Assembly (NCBI GenBank): GCA_963786935.1
Contig: CAWBAN010000001.1
Location: forward strand, 736,001-800,000
DNA: 64,000 nucleotides
Origin: an uncultured bacterium
Lineage (GTDB): Bacteria > Krumholzibacteriota > Krumholzibacteriia > Krumholzibacteriales > Krumholzibacteriaceae
Direction: 5' to 3'
Shown here piece after piece: positions 60,947 through 64,000 of the stretch. A program made the translations under genes and the position numbers. A model generated the notes under the pieces. The model ran no database searches. It saw nothing but the letters and a program-made list of their open reading frames with translations, and was not told where the DNA came from. The stretch's first letter is position 1. Every line of letters begins with the position of its first letter.

Positions 60947-61835
60947 CATGGCGGCCGCCGGCTTCGACGCCCGGATCGCGGACGACCGCCGCGCGATCGA
61001 CAACCGGCTCGCCGAGCTCCTGCCGGGAGCGGACGAAGAGCCGGCGTCGCTGCACGGAGCGATGCGCTACGCGACGATCGACGGGGGGAAACGGCTGCGG
61101 GCGATTCTCTGCCTCGCGGGACACCGCCTCTGCGGCGATCCCCGGCGCGGCGCCGCGCTTGATGCGGCATGCGCGATCGAATGCCTGCACGCGTATACGC
61201 TCATTCATGACGATCTCCCGGCGCTCGACAACGACGACCTCCGGCGCGGGAAGCCGTCCTGTCACCGGGCGTGCGGCGAGGCGGTGGCGATTCTCGCGGG
61301 GGACGCGCTCCTGACGTTCGCGTTCGAGGCGCTCGCCCGGTGCGGCGCGCCCGCCGATCGGGTGCTCGAAGCGGTCGGCATCCTCTCCCGCGCGGCGGGA
61401 TCACGGTATCTCGTCGGCGGACAGGTCGCCGATCTCGAAGGGGAAGGGCGCGAGCCGACTGAGGCGCGCGTCAGCTTCATCCATTCCCGCAAAACGGCCG
61501 AGCTCATCGCGGCGTCTCTCTCGATCGGCGCGTCCCTCGCGATTTCGGATCGCGCGACGATCGAAAGAATCCACGACATCGGACGCTCGGCCGGATTCGC
61601 GTTCCAGATCATGGATGATATCCTGGATCTCGAGGGGAGCGCGGAGCAGGCCGGAAAAGCCTTGCGGAAGGACGAGAAAAGGAAGAAAATCACCTATCCG
61701 GCCCGCTTCGGCTTGGAGGCGTCCCGCGAAACGGCGCGCCGGCTGATCGCCGACGGCGCGCGCGAGATGAAAGCGCTCGGCGATGACGGCTACGTGAGCC
61801 ATATTTTTTCACTGATCGTCAACCGTTCATCCTGA
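60939..61835 (+). CDS. ispA: Farnesyl/geranylgeranyl diphosphate synthase
   Basis: GGKRLR, LIHDDLPALDNDDLRRGKP, GQVAD, FQIMDDILD. Confidence 0.93.
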   Translation: MTSMAAAGFDARIADDRRAIDNRLAELLPGADEEPASLHGAMRYATIDGGKRLRAILCLAGHRLCGDPRRGAALDAACAIECLHAYTLIHDDLPALDNDDLRRGKPSCHRACGEAVAILAGDALLTFAFEALARCGAPADRVLEAVGILSRAAGSRYLVGGQVADLEGEGREPTEARVSFIHSRKTAELIAASLSIGASLAISDRATIERIHDIGRSAGFAFQIMDDILDLEGSAEQAGKALRKDEKRKKITYPARFGLEASRETARRLIADGAREMKALGDDGYVSHIFSLIVNRSS

Positions 61836-61836
61836 A

Positions 61837-62274
61837 ATGATCAAGCAGGCGCTGTACAGAGAGATCTTTCTCGTTCCCGTGATATGCGGGCTGCTCATCC
61901 AGGTCATCAAGCTGATCCTGGACTGCGTCACGGAGCGTCGGCTCGCGCTCGACGCCCTGACGCAGGCCGACGGGATGCCCAATCTGCATTCGGCCGTCTT
62001 CAGCTCGCTCTCGATGACCATCGGGATCAAATACGGATTCTCGTCTATTCTCTTCGCCGTCGTCGCCGGATTCAGCGTGATCATCATCCACGACACGATG
62101 CGGCTCAAGGGAGAGAAGGTCAAGCAGACGGACCTTCTGAACAGGATCATCTCGAGCAACGAGAGCTATCGGGACGTCACGGAGGACCGCGATTTGCGGA
62201 CGCTCCGCTTCAGGCCGCTCGACGTCCTCTCGGGAACGGTGCTCGGGATCATCGGCGCGTTTTGTCTGCTCTAG
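61837..62274 (+). CDS. Divergent PAP2 (DUF212)-like membrane protein
   Basis: QVIK, DGMPNLHSA (cf. GGMPSxHSA); located between ispA and dxs. Confidence 0.7.
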   Translation: MIKQALYREIFLVPVICGLLIQVIKLILDCVTERRLALDALTQADGMPNLHSAVFSSLSMTIGIKYGFSSILFAVVAGFSVIIIHDTMRLKGEKVKQTDLLNRIISSNESYRDVTEDRDLRTLRFRPLDVLSGTVLGIIGAFCLL

Positions 62275-62283
62275 GAACAGCGG

Positions 62284-64000
62284 ATGGCCATGACGCATCT
62301 CGACCGTATAGGCGCTCCGGAGGATCTCAAGAAGCTCTCGCTCGACGAGCTCGGCGCTCTGAGCGAAGAGCTCCGGCAGTACATCATCGAGATCATATCG
62401 CTGCGCGGGGGGCACCTCGCGTCGAGCCTCGGCGCCGTCGAGATCGCGCTCGCGCTCCACTATGTGTTCGATTCGCCGCGCGACAAAATTCTCTGGGACG
62501 TCGGGCATCAGAGCTACGCGCACAAGATTATCACGGGGCGGCGGGAAGCGTTCAGGAACATCCGGACGCGCGGGGGGCCGAGCGGGTTCCCGAATCCCGT
62601 CGAGAGCGAGCACGACGCGTTCGGGGTGGGTCACGCGAGCACCTCGATCTCGGCGGCGCTCGGCTTCGCCGTGTCGCGCGATCTGCTCGGACAAGACCAC
62701 TTCGTCGTCGCGGTCATCGGCGACGGCGCGATATCGGGGGGCTCTCGTTCGAGGGAATCAACCAGGCGGGGCACCTCAAGCGGAACCGGTTCATCATCGT
62801 TCTCAACGACAACGAGATGTCGATCTCGCGGAACGTCGGCGCCCTCGCGCGGTACCTGACGAGAATCACGACTCAGAAGATCTATCTCCAGTTCGAGGCG
62901 GACGTCTGGGAGCTGCTCGGGAAGGTGCCGCGGTACGGATTGCGGGCGCGAAAGGTCGCGCGCCGGATGAAGGAGAGCATCAAGAATCTCCTCGTTCCCA
63001 CGATCCTCTTCGAGGAGCTCGGATTCCGGTATTTCGGCCCGCTCGACGGCCACGACCTGCCCCAGCTCATATCGGCGTTTTCGCAGATCCGGGAAGTGCC
63101 CGGCCCCGTGATCGTTCACCTGATGACCAAGAAAGGAAAGGGCTATACGTTCGCGGAGCAGGACGCGGAGAAGTTCCACGGCATCGGGAGCTTTTATAAG
63201 GCGACGGGCGCCTCGAAGAGCAACGGCACGAAACCGACCTACAGCGAGGTGTTCGGCGCCGCCCTCGTCGAGCTCGCGCGGCGCGATCCGCGCGTGGTCG
63301 CTGTCACCGCCGCGATGAAGGAGGGGACGGGGCTCGCGCCGTTCGCGGCAGAGTTCCCGGAACGTTTCTTCGACGTGGGCATCGCCGAGCAGCACGCGGT
63401 CACCTTCGCGGCGGGGCTCGCGCGCTCCGGCCTCAAGCCGTTCGTGGCGGTTTATTCCACGTTCCTCCAGCGCGGGTTCGATCAGATCATCCACGACGTG
63501 GCGCTGCAGCGCCTCGGCGTGCGCTTCGTGCTCGACCGGGCAGGGCTCGTGGGAGAGGACGGGCCGACGCATCACGGCGCCTTCGATCTGAGCTATCTGC
63601 GCCTCGTGCCGGGAATGGTCGTGATGGCGCCGCGGGACGACGGGGAGCTGCGGAGCATGATGCTCGCCATGCTCGAGCACGACGCGGGGCCGATCGCGAT
63701 CCGGTTCCCGCGCGGAACGGCGGTCGTGGCGCCCCGGCGCTCGCCCGAGGTCGCCGCGCCGATCGGCAGGGGGGAGACGCTTCGCCGGGGCGCCGACGCG
63801 GCGCTCGTCTGCATCGGATCGATGGTGGAAGTCGCCCGCTCGGCCGCGGATCTGCTGGCGAACGCGGGAATTTCGGTATCGCTGATAGACGCGAAATTCG
63901 TCAAGCCGCTCGACGCCGAGCTCCTGCTCTCCGCCGCCGGGGAGTCGCGGATCGTCTTCGCGCTCGAGGAGAGCGCGCGCGCGGGAGGCTTCGGGGACGC
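62284..64000 (+). CDS. dxs: 1-deoxy-D-xylulose-5-phosphate synthase (3' truncated by the window; apparent frameshift at G-run 62736-62741)
   Basis: [37 protein letters not shown]; second frame [45 protein letters not shown]. Confidence 0.93.

Overview
This is a GC-rich bacterial chromosomal window with four parts. (1) ~1-27.7 kb is a large Wzx/Wza-type exopolysaccharide or cell-surface glycan locus: two priming sugar transferases, Wza, a chain-length protein with a separate tyrosine kinase, an ExeA-like ATPase, a flippase, many GT2/GT4 enzymes, rmlA/C/D, a WbpB/E/D-like trio and a radical SAM enzyme. It is preceded by an unannotated, highly structured leader RNA with a terminator/antiterminator switch. 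(2) SPOR protein, galT-like and glgA, followed by tRNA-Gly and tRNA-Cys. (3) An 8.2 kb cluster between tRNA-Cys and tRNA-Leu(TAA) is the best candidate for an undescribed system. It has an MBOAT-SGNH fusion, a carrier protein, a proline-type stand-alone adenylation enzyme, a prolyl-PCP-dehydrogenase-like enzyme, a carbamoyltransferase, an SxtJ-like protein and a 52-aa membrane peptide ending in the DltX-type motif FIYTLF. Together these suggest a Dlt-like machine that puts pyrrole-2-carbonyl and carbamoyl groups on a surface polymer. More glycan-tailoring genes follow. (4) A housekeeping block: cca, dnaK, tRNA-Val, thrS, L20 leader, infC (ATC start), rpmI, rplT, pheST, zapB/A, 6S RNA, rny, ymdB, folD, xseAB, ispA and dxs. 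Several single-base frameshifts, mostly in G runs, are probably sequencing errors. All calls come from motif recognition by eye; no database searches were run.
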